In this document: in pieces, positions 39,201 through 47,566 of the stretch
How the letters are laid out: the number at the start of each line of letters is the position of its first letter
Numbering within the stretch: the stretch's first letter is position 1
Assembly: GCA_964429575.1 (NCBI GenBank)
Contig: CAYSCX010000005.1
Location: 75,564 to 139,563 of the forward strand
Direction: 5' to 3'
Length of the DNA: 64,000 nucleotides
Source of the DNA: an uncultured Candidatus Binatia bacterium
GTDB taxonomy: Bacteria; Desulfobacterota; Binatia; Binatales; Binataceae
Notes under the pieces: generated by a model
Databases searched by the model: none
What the model was told of the DNA's origin: nothing
What the model saw: only the letters and a program-made list of their open reading frames with translations
Made by a program: the position numbers and the translations under genes

Positions 39201-39231
39201 CAACGTGGTACGTCCAAAAACCATAAAGTGA
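36214..39231 (+). CDS. AsmA-family protein (large periplasmic, membrane-anchored; TamB/YhdP-like)
   Basis: ATG at 36214. N-terminal anchor (…IAALAVAGLIIFAGFAAALILW…). About 1000 aa of beta-rich repeats with an AsmA-like C-terminal region. Confidence 0.7.
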   Translation: MRIFSHRYLRIAALAVAGLIIFAGFAAALILWNQDKIIASLLASVKERTGAEISARSAAFRIRSGLVIVLDEPTVVAGGREVVKLESLRVVLGWRAIIFNRGLPLRSLILERPQLVVAAQEFAASETAWRHPGERTLQELLGQLEWLSAATRRIEVVDAVVRDDQGELVCDDLDAVAYKMRGDWNRWRVGFNASAARPPVEGLRLSGDVTLGYSGSESEDAIAKGKLWFWEAPVDLLDSPRIKPSGQLQGVIEINVTRDGAARGNVQFDVHRLVVRGDAVGAALDLGDFTLRASFKASARQYQLTDLTLANPDRQVIGGQLTIDEPYSANPNVAITVSGFEIDVAKAKQRIDAATGVPREIKDALVAIESGTVTIESASLAATSAKWRAAEPELLRRGLVLNATLSNIAIQPPAKTKLPAVQRLSARVAFEKGALTVTQGSARVGTSTVEALRAKASFPASGDGIAYDVTVRGDAVLDELLPAIEHELATRKMEVSDRFRSLSGRMRFDVQAAGRMREGRAEAPQRYALRLEPRNARLELKEPPSAVEITSGTLLLDPDSVKVNQFVANDRSGTARINGDLKLTANGPSAKGIDVELHAILAQDWLPLVVDPAALMPSGPMSGSISVRNDPGVAGRFHVNGELVLSDGSVQLGFLRAPIVTKTATFKFTEHNLDLQMTQATLEDSPIDFRLVVADLSKPVLEIYATVDQLDFEAMKFVKMPWSPRSKSGFFDVAAKGHIEIRKGNLAAFQMSQVKTDFVTHRGDWRVYNYSAVSYRGQMNIDLSGRKKDFWLHMKGTIKGMEAGPLFQLSNPNAEPVMVGKMDLMADLWADTGEEFFKTLAGTASITARDGRLNRLTLLSRMLEFVDLKSWLTARFPDPRLAGLPFDLVLADLKGNRGNFWTDNFLLHGPAMEISALGSIDIGDSKLNMEIGMSPFRTVNWLIEQVPLIGSNVAEGTGHLVAAYFQVSGPISDPTVVPKPITSAAAFFKKFFSIPVNVVRPKTIK

Positions 39232-39932
39232 CGCGCCGTCCAACCCTGGTCGTGTTCTGCCGCGAACCGGTGGCAGGGCGCACCAAGACTCGGCTGATCG
39301 GACCACTCAGCGCGCGCGGCACCGCGGCGTTTGCCGACGCGTTTATCAACGACACGCTCGCGAAGGCGCGCGCGATGCAGCCCCGGCGCCTCGTGATCGC
39401 AGCGAATGCCCGCCGGCGCGCGGCCGCGAGTCAATACTTCAGGCGGCTTGCGCGCAAATACCGCACCGAGCTGATCGACCAGGGCCGCGGCGATCTGGGC
39501 CGCCGAATGGCGCGAGCACTCGCTCCCTTTGCACAGGAAGGCGCGCTCTTGCTCGGTACTGACGTTCCTTCGTTGCCGCGCGCCGCGTTGAAAAAGCTTG
39601 TGTCACTTCTCAATCGATGCCGGGTCGTCGTCGCTCCGAGCCTCGACGGTGGCTACTATGCGATCGGAGTTCGCGGCGCGCTGCCGCCAGTGTTCGATCG
39701 CATGGCGTGGGGCGGTCCACGGGTGTTCGCGCAAACGCAGCGAAGACTCGATCGCGCGCATGTCCGGTACCAGATCGGACCGGCATGGTACGATGTCGAT
39801 GAGTGGGGCGACCTCGCAGTGTTGCTCGAACATCTTAGGATCTTGACTGGGCGGCGCGGCGCCTCAACCCATCCGTGCCCGGCTACCGGCGCGCTCGCGA
39901 GGCGGCTTGGACTGCTTCCAGATCGCGGCTAG
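39228..39932 (+). CDS. DUF2064 / TIGR04282-family glycosyltransferase-like protein
   Basis: N-terminal …LVVFCREPVAGRTKTRL… matches the DUF2064 signature (VVFAR-P-G-VKTRL). The GTG start overlaps the AsmA stop (GTGA). Confidence 0.65.
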   Translation: MTRRPTLVVFCREPVAGRTKTRLIGPLSARGTAAFADAFINDTLAKARAMQPRRLVIAANARRRAAASQYFRRLARKYRTELIDQGRGDLGRRMARALAPFAQEGALLLGTDVPSLPRAALKKLVSLLNRCRVVVAPSLDGGYYAIGVRGALPPVFDRMAWGGPRVFAQTQRRLDRAHVRYQIGPAWYDVDEWGDLAVLLEHLRILTGRRGASTHPCPATGALARRLGLLPDRG

Positions 39933-39968
39933 ATTACAGACTTGCCTTTTCGTTCTGCGGGCGCGCCG

Positions 39969-40217
39969 ATGATCGAACTTGTGCTTTATAGCAAGCGCGA
40001 CTGCGAGCTGTGCCGCGAAATGGAAGAGCTGCTCGCGTCGGAGTTGTCAGGGGTTGGCGCCAGGCTCGAACGAATTGAAATCGACGGCGATCCGGAACTC
40101 GAGACGCGCTTTGGCATCGAAGTTCCGGTGCTGTTTGTGAACGGACGCAAGGCTTTCAAGTACCGGGTCGGCCGCCACGAACTTAGAAAGCGGCTTGCGA
40201 GGGAGGCGCGCCCCTAA
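39969..40217 (+). CDS. glutaredoxin-like protein (DUF836 / Grx2-family, CxxC)
   Basis: …LYSKRDCELCREM… thioredoxin-fold CxxC near the N-terminus. About 82 aa. Start is ATG at 39969. Confidence 0.6.
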   Translation: MIELVLYSKRDCELCREMEELLASELSGVGARLERIEIDGDPELETRFGIEVPVLFVNGRKAFKYRVGRHELRKRLAREARP

Positions 40218-40552
40218 TGGCTTCGCGGCCTGCGTCGGCGCGGCTGGTCCTTGTAACCGCTTCCAGCGAAGAGGAAGCGGCTTCGATCGCTCGCGCGCTG
40301 GTCGCAGAACGTCTTGCGGCATGTGTCAACCTCGTCGGCCCCATGAGGTCGATTTACCGCTGGCAGGGAACCGTAGCGGACGAGCGCGAATACCTGCTGC
40401 TAATCAAGACCCGCGCGCGACTCTACTCGAAAGTCGAGAGACGCGTTAAGCAGCTTCACAGCTATCAAACGCCCGAAGTGATATCGCTTGAACTCCGCGA
40501 GGGATCCGCGCCGTATCTCAAGTGGCTCCTGGACTCGACCACAACACGTTGA
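40217..40552 (+). CDS. cutA: divalent-cation tolerance protein CutA
   Basis: CutA1 signature (…CVNLVGPMRSIYRWQG…EYLLLIKT…HSYQTPEVISLEL…). The start abuts the previous stop. Confidence 0.85.
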   Translation: MASRPASARLVLVTASSEEEAASIARALVAERLAACVNLVGPMRSIYRWQGTVADEREYLLLIKTRARLYSKVERRVKQLHSYQTPEVISLELREGSAPYLKWLLDSTTTR

Positions 40553-40759
40553 GCGCAGACGAATGGGTGAGCAATTGAAAATCGCAATCTCGGGCGCCGG
40601 TGCAATCACCGATAGCGCGCACATCCCCGGGCGGCTCTCGCACCGCGGCCCAGACCCATGGGCGCCCGGACCGAGCTGGTTCTACGACCCCGTCGAGGCG
40701 TGCTACCGGTCGTCGCGATCGGGCGCGCGCGTCAACCTGCCTCTTGCGTGACCCGCTCG

Positions 40760-41920
40760 ATGGCGAAGCGCAAAGTCTCAGCTTCGTCCGCGCTCTCGCT
40801 GGCTCGGATGTTTCGTCCCGCAATCACCAGGATGGCGCCGTACACGCCCGGCGAGCAGCCGCGACCTGGCGAGCGTCTGATCAAACTCAATACGAATGAG
40901 AACCCTTATCCACCATCGCCGCGCGTGCGGGCGGCCCTGCGGGCGGCGATTCGTGGAGAGGGGTTGAGGCTATATCCGCGTCCGCGCGCCGACGCATTCA
41001 TCGAAGCGGCATCTCGCCGGTTCGGCTTACCCACCGAGATGATCGTGGCGGGAAACGGCTCGGACGAATTGCTCGCGATGCTGTTCCGCGCGACGTTGGA
41101 CCGGGGAAACAAGGTCGCCTACGCCACACCGACCTACTCGCTCTACGACACGCTTGCCGCGATGCAGGAGGCGCAAGTAATCGCGCCGCCGTATGAGCGC
41201 GACTGGCGCCTTCCAGTCGATGCGCTCGCGCGCGCACGCGCGCGGCTCACGATCGTATGCAACCCGAACGCGCCATCGGGAACGCTTGCACCACTTGCTG
41301 CGCTGAACGAATTGGCGCGGCGGCTTCGCAAGGCGATCCTGGTGGTAGACGAGGCTTACGTGGACTTCGCGCCACAGAACGCTCTCAGCATTCTGAAGCG
41401 CCACCCCAACCTCGTTGTGCTTCGTTCACTTTCCAAATCGTACTCGCTGGCGGGGATGAGGCTCGGACTCGGCTTTGCCGCGCCGTCGATCATCGAAACG
41501 CTGCTCAAGGTGAAAGATTCGTACAATCTTAGCCGCGTTGCGGATGCCGCCGGAGCTGCGGCGCTCGACGACCACGCGGCTATGCGGCGCAACGTTGAGC
41601 GAGTGCGGCACACTCGGCATCGAACCGAACGTCGTCTTCGCCGGCTTGGCTTCGAGGTGCCGGTTTCGGAAGCGAACTTCGTCTTGGCGAGAATTGCGGG
41701 TCGCGACCTTGAACCGATCGCGCGCGGGCTTCGCCAACGCGGCGTGCTGATTCGCTACTTCGCTACTCCCGGTCTGCGCGATGCATTGCGCATATCGATC
41801 GGCCGTCCGGCGGATATGGCGGCGCTATTCGGCGCGCTTCGCCCGTTGATGACGCGATTTAGGCCGCGCGCGGCGGGCCGGAGTGATATCCACGATGAGC
41901 CGTCTCACCCGGCTCTTTGA
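40760..41920 (+). CDS. hisC: histidinol-phosphate aminotransferase
   Basis: Class-II aminotransferase motifs (…LNTNENPYPPSP…, …NPNAPSG…, PLP-lysine context …RSLSKSYSLAGMRLG…). The start is uncertain (ATG at 40760 or 40808). Confidence 0.85.
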   Translation: MAKRKVSASSALSLARMFRPAITRMAPYTPGEQPRPGERLIKLNTNENPYPPSPRVRAALRAAIRGEGLRLYPRPRADAFIEAASRRFGLPTEMIVAGNGSDELLAMLFRATLDRGNKVAYATPTYSLYDTLAAMQEAQVIAPPYERDWRLPVDALARARARLTIVCNPNAPSGTLAPLAALNELARRLRKAILVVDEAYVDFAPQNALSILKRHPNLVVLRSLSKSYSLAGMRLGLGFAAPSIIETLLKVKDSYNLSRVADAAGAAALDDHAAMRRNVERVRHTRHRTERRLRRLGFEVPVSEANFVLARIAGRDLEPIARGLRQRGVLIRYFATPGLRDALRISIGRPADMAALFGALRPLMTRFRPRAAGRSDIHDEPSHPAL

Positions 41921-42536
41921 TCGTTTCCGGACCGCGCGTGGCGCATCAAAGCGCGCGCCGCAGACGGTGCAGTGGGTCGTAGCCGGGCTGGGCAACCCCG
42001 AAGAAAAGTACCTGCGCTCGCGCCACAACCTGGGTTTCATGGTCGTCGCGGAACTTGCACGGCGCGGTGGCGTGAGACTCTCGAAGCGGCGATTCAAGGG
42101 ACTTACGGCTATCGTCAAGGTCGCGGGCGGCAGCGTGCTACTCGTGCAACCACAGACGTATTACAACCTGAGCGGCGAATGCGTCGCGTCGGTGCTCGGA
42201 TATTTCGATTGTGCGCCCCGCCAGCTGATCGTGGTCCACGATGAGCTCGACCTCGAACCGGCACGACTGCAAATCAAACAGGGCGGCGGCGACGCCGGGA
42301 ATCGCGGCCTGCGATCGATTGCGGAGTCGCTCGGGGCGGCGGACTTCATCCGCCTGCGCGTCGGCATCGGACGCGCACCGGAACACGACGACGACAAGGA
42401 CTACCTCCTGAGGCCGATGACCGCCGCTGATCGAAACCAGTTCGCGCCCGTGGTTGAGCGCGCCGCCGGCGCCGTTTCGATGTTGATCGCGGATGGATTG
42501 TCGGCCGCGATGAATCGTTTCAACCAGTGGCCCTAG
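41895..42536 (+). CDS. pth: peptidyl-tRNA hydrolase
   Basis: …VVAGLGNPEEKYLRSRHNLGF… and …HDELDL…RLRVGIGR… are Pth signatures. The start is uncertain (ATG at 41895, or GTG at 41883 or 41967). It overlaps the hisC 3' end. Confidence 0.85.
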   Translation: MSRLTRLFDRFRTARGASKRAPQTVQWVVAGLGNPEEKYLRSRHNLGFMVVAELARRGGVRLSKRRFKGLTAIVKVAGGSVLLVQPQTYYNLSGECVASVLGYFDCAPRQLIVVHDELDLEPARLQIKQGGGDAGNRGLRSIAESLGAADFIRLRVGIGRAPEHDDDKDYLLRPMTAADRNQFAPVVERAAGAVSMLIADGLSAAMNRFNQWP

Positions 42537-42847
42537 GCGCTTGCCCATTGCCGCGGCAGGCACGCTCGGCGCTCGAGCAGCTTTCCCGGTAACCGCGTCT
42601 CTGGGGGTCAGCGGAGATCGCCGGGCAATAACAAATTGCTTACATGACATATCTTTCTGTTGACATTCGCTACATTCCCGCGCTAAGTACCCGAATTGAA
42701 ACAAGGAGTCTTGATCGATATGGGCGCTGCGCCCGTGGACTGACGGCGAACGGTTGTTGAGGTCTCTCCACGACGACAGCGATTGGGACGGCTCCATCCG
42801 ACAAACGATCGACCATTGATCGAGTCGCGCCAACAAGGGGAGCGCGC

Positions 42848-43309
42848 ATGTGCGATGAAGGCGGTCCACGGTTCGGTTCCGCCGAGGGAGCGGTGAGATT
42901 CTACTTCCGCGCGAAGGCGCTGTTCGCCAATGGTGAGCCCGTAAGGCACCGGCCACGACGCCAACGCCGCTGGGACGTGGTTGACGATTATCTTTCGCTG
43001 GCGGCTTGCCTTAGGCGCCTCGACGCAGTTCAGGTTGGACTGCTGAATGCGCTTTATGGGCCCACTTCCTTTGGCGCGCGGACCCGTACCGTTGAAATGG
43101 CGCGGTCGATGCTCCAAAAGCAGTTCGACGATGTGCGCCTGAATTCTCGCTCGCTCGGAAGGTTACGGAGGCAGTCGCTTCGAGTTGTCGAGCGAGCGCT
43201 GTCGGCGCGCCACTTGCTCGATGCGCGCGCCGGTCATGGAACCAATTGCGCTCGCCGGACCGCGCGTTCAGCCGGGCTGCGCGAATTGGCTCGACGGCAG
43301 CATCATTGA
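42848..43309 (+). CDS. hypothetical protein (153 aa, Arg-rich C-terminus)
   Basis: ATG at 42848 preceded by GGGGAG at the correct spacing. No recognisable motif. It lies between the pth stop and tyrS, behind a promoter-like element. Confidence 0.45.
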   Translation: MCDEGGPRFGSAEGAVRFYFRAKALFANGEPVRHRPRRQRRWDVVDDYLSLAACLRRLDAVQVGLLNALYGPTSFGARTRTVEMARSMLQKQFDDVRLNSRSLGRLRRQSLRVVERALSARHLLDARAGHGTNCARRTARSAGLRELARRQHH

Positions 43310-43458
43310 TCTCTTGGTTGCGCATTTCGCCGCTCGAAGCGTGGCAGCCAGGCGTTGCGACACCAACCCCGAATGAAACCTTACGGATTTGAACCACTCT
43401 GTCATTCCGGTACGCTTGAGCGCTGCACGGCACGGCCATCGGTCCACCGTCGCAGCCC

Positions 43459-44643
43459 ATGGATGAGAATCAATCACTCGCGCGCGCACAACGCTTGGCG
43501 CGCGGCGCGGTCGAGTTGATCGCGCTTGCGGAACTGGCGGAGAGAATTGCGCAGGGGCGCGCGCTCCGCATCAAGCTGGGTCTCGATCCCACCGCGCCGG
43601 ACCTCCACATCGGACATTCTGTGGTGCTCAAGAAGCTGCGCGACTTTCAGCGCGACGGGCACACCGTAGTTTTCCTGGTCGGCGATTTCACCGCGCTCAT
43701 CGGCGACCCGACCGGGCGTTCTGAAACACGCAAGCCGCTTTCGCGCGAAGAGGTTTCGCGGAACGCCGAGACATATCGCACTCAGGCCTTTACGATTCTG
43801 GATCCGGCGCTGACCGAGGTCAGGTTCAATAGCGAGTGGATGAATGACTTGAGCGTGAGCCGTCTCATCGAAATTGCGTCACGCCTGAGCGTGGCGAGAC
43901 TGCTCGAGCGCGATGACTTCGAGAAGCGCATCGAGTCTCAGCAGCCGTTGTTTCTTCATGAGCTGCTGTACCCGCTGATACAGGGCTACGATTCCGTCGC
44001 GCTAAGGGCCGATCTCGAAATCGGCGGTACCGATCAAAAGTTCAACCTGTTGGTGGGCCGCGAGCTTCAACGCGCGTTTGGGCAGCCGCCGCAGATCGTG
44101 ATGATTATGCCGCTGCTCGAAGGCCTCGATGGCGTCCGCAAGATGTCGAAGTCGCTCGGCAATGCGGTCGGGTTAACCGAGGCCCCGGCGGAGATGTTCG
44201 GCAAGTTGATGTCCGTGTCGGACGCGCTGATGCTTCGTTACTACGAAGTCCTGACGGATGTGACAGCCGAGGAATTGGCGGCCATCAAATCCGGCGCGAT
44301 TCATCCGATGGAGGCGAAGAAGCAGCTCGCCGGCCGGATTGTTGCTGAATATCACGGTGCCGCGGCCGCCAGGGCGGCGCGCGCGTTCTTCGAATCGAAG
44401 TTTCAGCGGCACGAAGTGCCCGACAGCGTTCCGGTCTTTCGAATCGACGGCGATCTGTGGATCTGCGAGTTAATCAAGCAGCTCAATTTTGCGCGCTCCA
44501 CAAGCGAAGCGCGCAGATTGGTGGGGCAGGGCGCCGTACGAGTGGACGGCCAGACGGTGACAGACCTCGACTTCCGCTTCGTCGCCGGCGAGCACCGCAT
44601 TCTGGAAGTGGGACGGCGTCGGGTCGCGCGAATCGAGCGCTAG
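43459..44643 (+). CDS. tyrS: tyrosyl-tRNA synthetase
   Basis: Class I HIGH motif (LHIGHSV) and KMSKS motif (RKMSKSLGNAV). C-terminal S4 RNA-binding domain (…ARRLVGQGAVRVDGQ…). Confidence 0.9.
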   Translation: MDENQSLARAQRLARGAVELIALAELAERIAQGRALRIKLGLDPTAPDLHIGHSVVLKKLRDFQRDGHTVVFLVGDFTALIGDPTGRSETRKPLSREEVSRNAETYRTQAFTILDPALTEVRFNSEWMNDLSVSRLIEIASRLSVARLLERDDFEKRIESQQPLFLHELLYPLIQGYDSVALRADLEIGGTDQKFNLLVGRELQRAFGQPPQIVMIMPLLEGLDGVRKMSKSLGNAVGLTEAPAEMFGKLMSVSDALMLRYYEVLTDVTAEELAAIKSGAIHPMEAKKQLAGRIVAEYHGAAAARAARAFFESKFQRHEVPDSVPVFRIDGDLWICELIKQLNFARSTSEARRLVGQGAVRVDGQTVTDLDFRFVAGEHRILEVGRRRVARIER

Positions 44644-44650
44644 CCGCGCC

Positions 44651-44911
44651 TCATTCCTTCTTGGCTGATTCGGCTTCGACCAGCTCGCGCAGGCGTCGCA
44701 TCGTGCGGTCGAGCGCTTTCAGATAGCGCTGCTTGGTCCAGCTTTCCTTCGTCCGCATCTTGAGCCAGCCGAGCTTGACCGCGTCGGGCTTGTTACCGAG
44801 CTCGCCGGTGGAGACTTCAATAACCACGCGTTCCTCGGCGCTCAGTTGCGCGAGTACCTCGCGCTTGAGGTTCTGCAGGAATCCAGCCTTGAGGTCGATA
44901 TCGATCTTCAT
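44651..44911 (-). CDS. small hypothetical protein (about 86 aa)
   Basis: Minus-strand ORF with several candidate starts (44923 or 44911). The product is charged and helical with no motif. It is convergent with tyrS. Confidence 0.35.
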   Translation of the reverse strand: MKIDIDLKAGFLQNLKREVLAQLSAEERVVIEVSTGELGNKPDAVKLGWLKMRTKESWTKQRYLKALDRTMRRLRELVEAESAKKE

Positions 44912-45015
44912 CCGCGCCAACAACCCCCGCGCGAGAGTAGATCATCAGGGCGCGAGCCTCAACCCGCTTGACAGCGCGCCTGTGTGCAGGTTACTCGCGC
45001 CATGCGGAGAAAATC

Positions 45016-45858
45016 ATGAAGTACTTCAAATTTGAACAGCATGACCAGGTGCAGGTGTGGACGATTTCGAATCCGCCAATGAACTACATGACCGCGCCGA
45101 TGACGCTCGAACTCCTCGAGTTGGCCGGTGAGGCCGAACGCGACGAGTCCGCGCGCGCGATCATAATCACCGGTGGTCTCGAAGGTAAGTTCATCACCCA
45201 CTACAGCGTTGACGAGTTGGCGGCGACCGCCGCTGATCCCGCTGAATGCGCGCGCGTATTTCCGGAGGCCGAGGCGGGGTTTCATCGCCTGCTTGATCGC
45301 ATCATGCTTCTGCCCAAGGCCGTAATCGCGGCGATTAATGGCGATTGCATGGGCGGCGGCTACGAACTCGCGCTGGCATGTGACTTCAGAATTGCGGCTG
45401 ATGGTCCCTACCAGATCGGCCTGCCCGAGGCGGTGCTTGGAATACTTCCGGGCGGCGGCGGAACCCAACGCTTGCCCAGATTGATCGGACGCGGGCGAGC
45501 CCTGGAAGTGATGCTGTTCGGCAACGTCTATCATCCGCGCGAGGCGGAGCGGATGGGTATGGTGAACCGCGTGGTCGCGCCGGAATCGCTGATGGCGTTC
45601 GCGATGAGCTGGGCACGGACGCTTGCGAAGCGGCCCCCGCGCTCAATCGCGGCGATTAAGCGCGCCGTCTATCTCGGCGCGGATCGCGACTTGCAAACCG
45701 GGCTTTACATCGAGCGGACCGAGATGCGCGATGTAATGTGCACCCAGGATGCTCGCACGCTTATGACTGCCTATAACGAGGCAGTCGCGAAGGATCCCAT
45801 GGCGGCGCGCAGCAACTTTCTCAACGGCTACGGGGTGCCGGCCGCCAAGGGACGTTAG
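45016..45858 (+). CDS. enoyl-CoA hydratase/isomerase (crotonase) family protein
   Basis: ATG at 45016 with a GGAGA SD. Oxyanion-hole/crotonase motifs (…AIINGDCMGGGYELALACDFRIA…, …GILPGGGGTQRLPRLIG…). Confidence 0.85.
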   Translation: MKYFKFEQHDQVQVWTISNPPMNYMTAPMTLELLELAGEAERDESARAIIITGGLEGKFITHYSVDELAATAADPAECARVFPEAEAGFHRLLDRIMLLPKAVIAAINGDCMGGGYELALACDFRIAADGPYQIGLPEAVLGILPGGGGTQRLPRLIGRGRALEVMLFGNVYHPREAERMGMVNRVVAPESLMAFAMSWARTLAKRPPRSIAAIKRAVYLGADRDLQTGLYIERTEMRDVMCTQDARTLMTAYNEAVAKDPMAARSNFLNGYGVPAAKGR

Positions 45859-45872
45859 CCAGGAGGGCGTGC

Positions 45873-46310
45873 CTAACTTTCTTCGTCAACTGCCTGGCGA
45901 ATCGAATTCAGGATGAACAGGAACTGGCGCGGTGTAGTCACGCGGCCGAGCATGTTGACCTGACGAAGCACCCGGAGTTCGCGCGGTTTGACCTGAAAGC
46001 GGCGCAGCATCCCGCGATTCCCTACGAAATCGCGCCACACTTGATCGGAGCTTGGCTTGGCCGAAGCGACACGATGCGCACCAATTAGCATTCGCGCTTC
46101 CGGATGGGTCAGCAGGAAAAGCTGCTGCCGGTCGAGCCCCATCGTATCGGCGATGCGCGAAATCAAGGACAGCGACGGCCGCCGGCGCCCATTCTCGAGA
46201 TAGGCGATGTGACTGGCCTTGACGCCCAACTTCCGCGCAAGTTCGCGCTGCGTATAAAACAGGGCTTCACGGCGCTCCTTGATTAGGTGGCCAAGAGTTT
46301 TCTTTTTCAT
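45873..46310 (-). CDS. XRE-family helix-turn-helix transcriptional regulator
   Basis: N-terminal HTH_3 (…LIKERREALFYTQRELARKLGVKASHIAYLENGRRRPSL…). Its ATG overlaps the stop of the upstream ImmA-like gene (ATGA), so the two are co-transcribed. Confidence 0.8.
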   Translation of the reverse strand: MKKKTLGHLIKERREALFYTQRELARKLGVKASHIAYLENGRRRPSLSLISRIADTMGLDRQQLFLLTHPEARMLIGAHRVASAKPSSDQVWRDFVGNRGMLRRFQVKPRELRVLRQVNMLGRVTTPRQFLFILNSIRQAVDEES

Positions 46311-47143
46311 GTGTCGTATTCTCCAAGAAGCGCCCATCGTAGTTTCGCGTAATGAATCATCCCCGCCAGATACCGGGCCTTCTGCTCCGGGGACTTCATC
46401 TCGTCGAAATTCACCTTGAAATACCCCTGGATTCGCTCGCGCACCTGCTCAAATGACTCCTCGCTAAGTTCGCGCGCCTGCGCGACGATCCTGCCAAAGA
46501 CCCCGTCAGACCCGAATATCTTTCGCGCGAGCGGTTCCGGATACGCCGCAAGCGCCACTATCACATCGGCGGCAAGCTCGGATGAATCATCAAGGTGCGA
46601 GGCGTAGGCGGCATCGACGAATAGATGCACCGGTTCGTTGGACGAATGAAACATCGAGCTCGCCATGTGATGCCCCATTTCGTGACAGAAAGTGGCCAGC
46701 ACTGCAACGGGGTGATGCGCCGTATTGACATATACCAGCGGCCGTTTCAGCAGATTCTCCGCCCGATCGACATAAAAACCCCGCAAAGCCATGCCTTCCG
46801 GGCCGCAATAAGGCGCCGCCTTGAAGTGCAGGTGCATACTTGCTGCCATCGCAGCCATCCGTGTCGTCCCTTGTATCTTTACTGACTCACGATTGAGGCG
46901 CGGCCACATCTGGGTCGCTGTTTCGACCAGCTTGACTAGCTGCTCGTACCGGAGCCGACGTCGCAAATCTTGAACGTAGTCTCGCCGGAACAACCGCCGC
47001 AGGTCTTCTTTGGGCCTCCTCCATGCGCTCAGCGCCCTTCGTCCGGGCTTGCCCGCATCACCAGTCAACAGCTGCGATACCAACGCCTCCACTGTTGGAC
47101 GCGCGTTGGCGCGCCGACTTACTTGTACGCGCGCGTAAGCCAT
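46307..47143 (-). CDS. ImmA/IrrE-family zinc metallopeptidase (DUF955-type, HEXXH)
   Basis: HEXXH motif FCHEMGHHM. The size (278 aa) and the pairing with a downstream XRE regulator fit the ImmA/IrrE/CapP family. Confidence 0.8.
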   Translation of the reverse strand: MAYARVQVSRRANARPTVEALVSQLLTGDAGKPGRRALSAWRRPKEDLRRLFRRDYVQDLRRRLRYEQLVKLVETATQMWPRLNRESVKIQGTTRMAAMAASMHLHFKAAPYCGPEGMALRGFYVDRAENLLKRPLVYVNTAHHPVAVLATFCHEMGHHMASSMFHSSNEPVHLFVDAAYASHLDDSSELAADVIVALAAYPEPLARKIFGSDGVFGRIVAQARELSEESFEQVRERIQGYFKVNFDEMKSPEQKARYLAGMIHYAKLRWALLGEYDT

Positions 47144-47290
47144 AGCACTGAAAGTGTACTAGCGCTGGCGGCCTGTCTGCAAATCGTCTTTTTTCGCTTG
47201 AAAGAAGCTATCTTTGTGTAAACAGTGCGACTGTGATAGCTCAACACTTTGTTAACGAGTCACTGCAAGCTGCATGGCGATGCTCGGCGC
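47144..47290. promoter_or_regulatory. AT-rich divergent promoter/operator region with repeated CACTG/CAGTG inverted-repeat motifs
   Basis: Motifs read directly: CACTGAAAGTG (47147), TAAACAGTGCGACTGTGATAGCTCAACACTTTGTTAAC (47219-47256, imperfect inverted repeat) and CACTGCAAGCTGCA (47262). Local GC is far below the genome average. It lies between the immA start (47143) and the divergent gene at 47567. Confidence 0.35.
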
Positions 47291-47566
47291 CTGCACCCAT
47301 CACCCGAGATGGCAGCCCCGTTAGCGTTCGCGAGGCGCCACTTGGGCCACTGGGAATCGAAGCAGGCCTCAAGCCGCTACGCACGGGGCGGAGGTAAAGA
47401 GGGGCCTCCGCCCATCACTCCTATAGCAGAACGAGCCTGACAGGTTGCATCGCATGCGTCCGCGCTCGCATGCCGTTGCGCGCCGTCGGGACCCCGGCGG
47501 CGATCATTTGCGGTTACCTCGGACTAACCGGGGAACGCGGCTTCCCCGCAATGGAGGAAACGTGAA

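Noticed and set aside
42138-42956. 272-aa minus-strand ORF overlapping pth and the pth-tyrS spacer
   Set aside because: Its first half is antisense to pth (which has unambiguous Pth signatures). The rest spans an AT-rich promoter-like spacer. No motif.
43310-43458. T-box leader upstream of tyrS
   Set aside because: No specifier-loop/T-box consensus (AATTAGGGTGGNACCGCG-like) is visible. The organism is high-GC and Gram-negative-like, and the upstream space is occupied by a protein-coding ORF.
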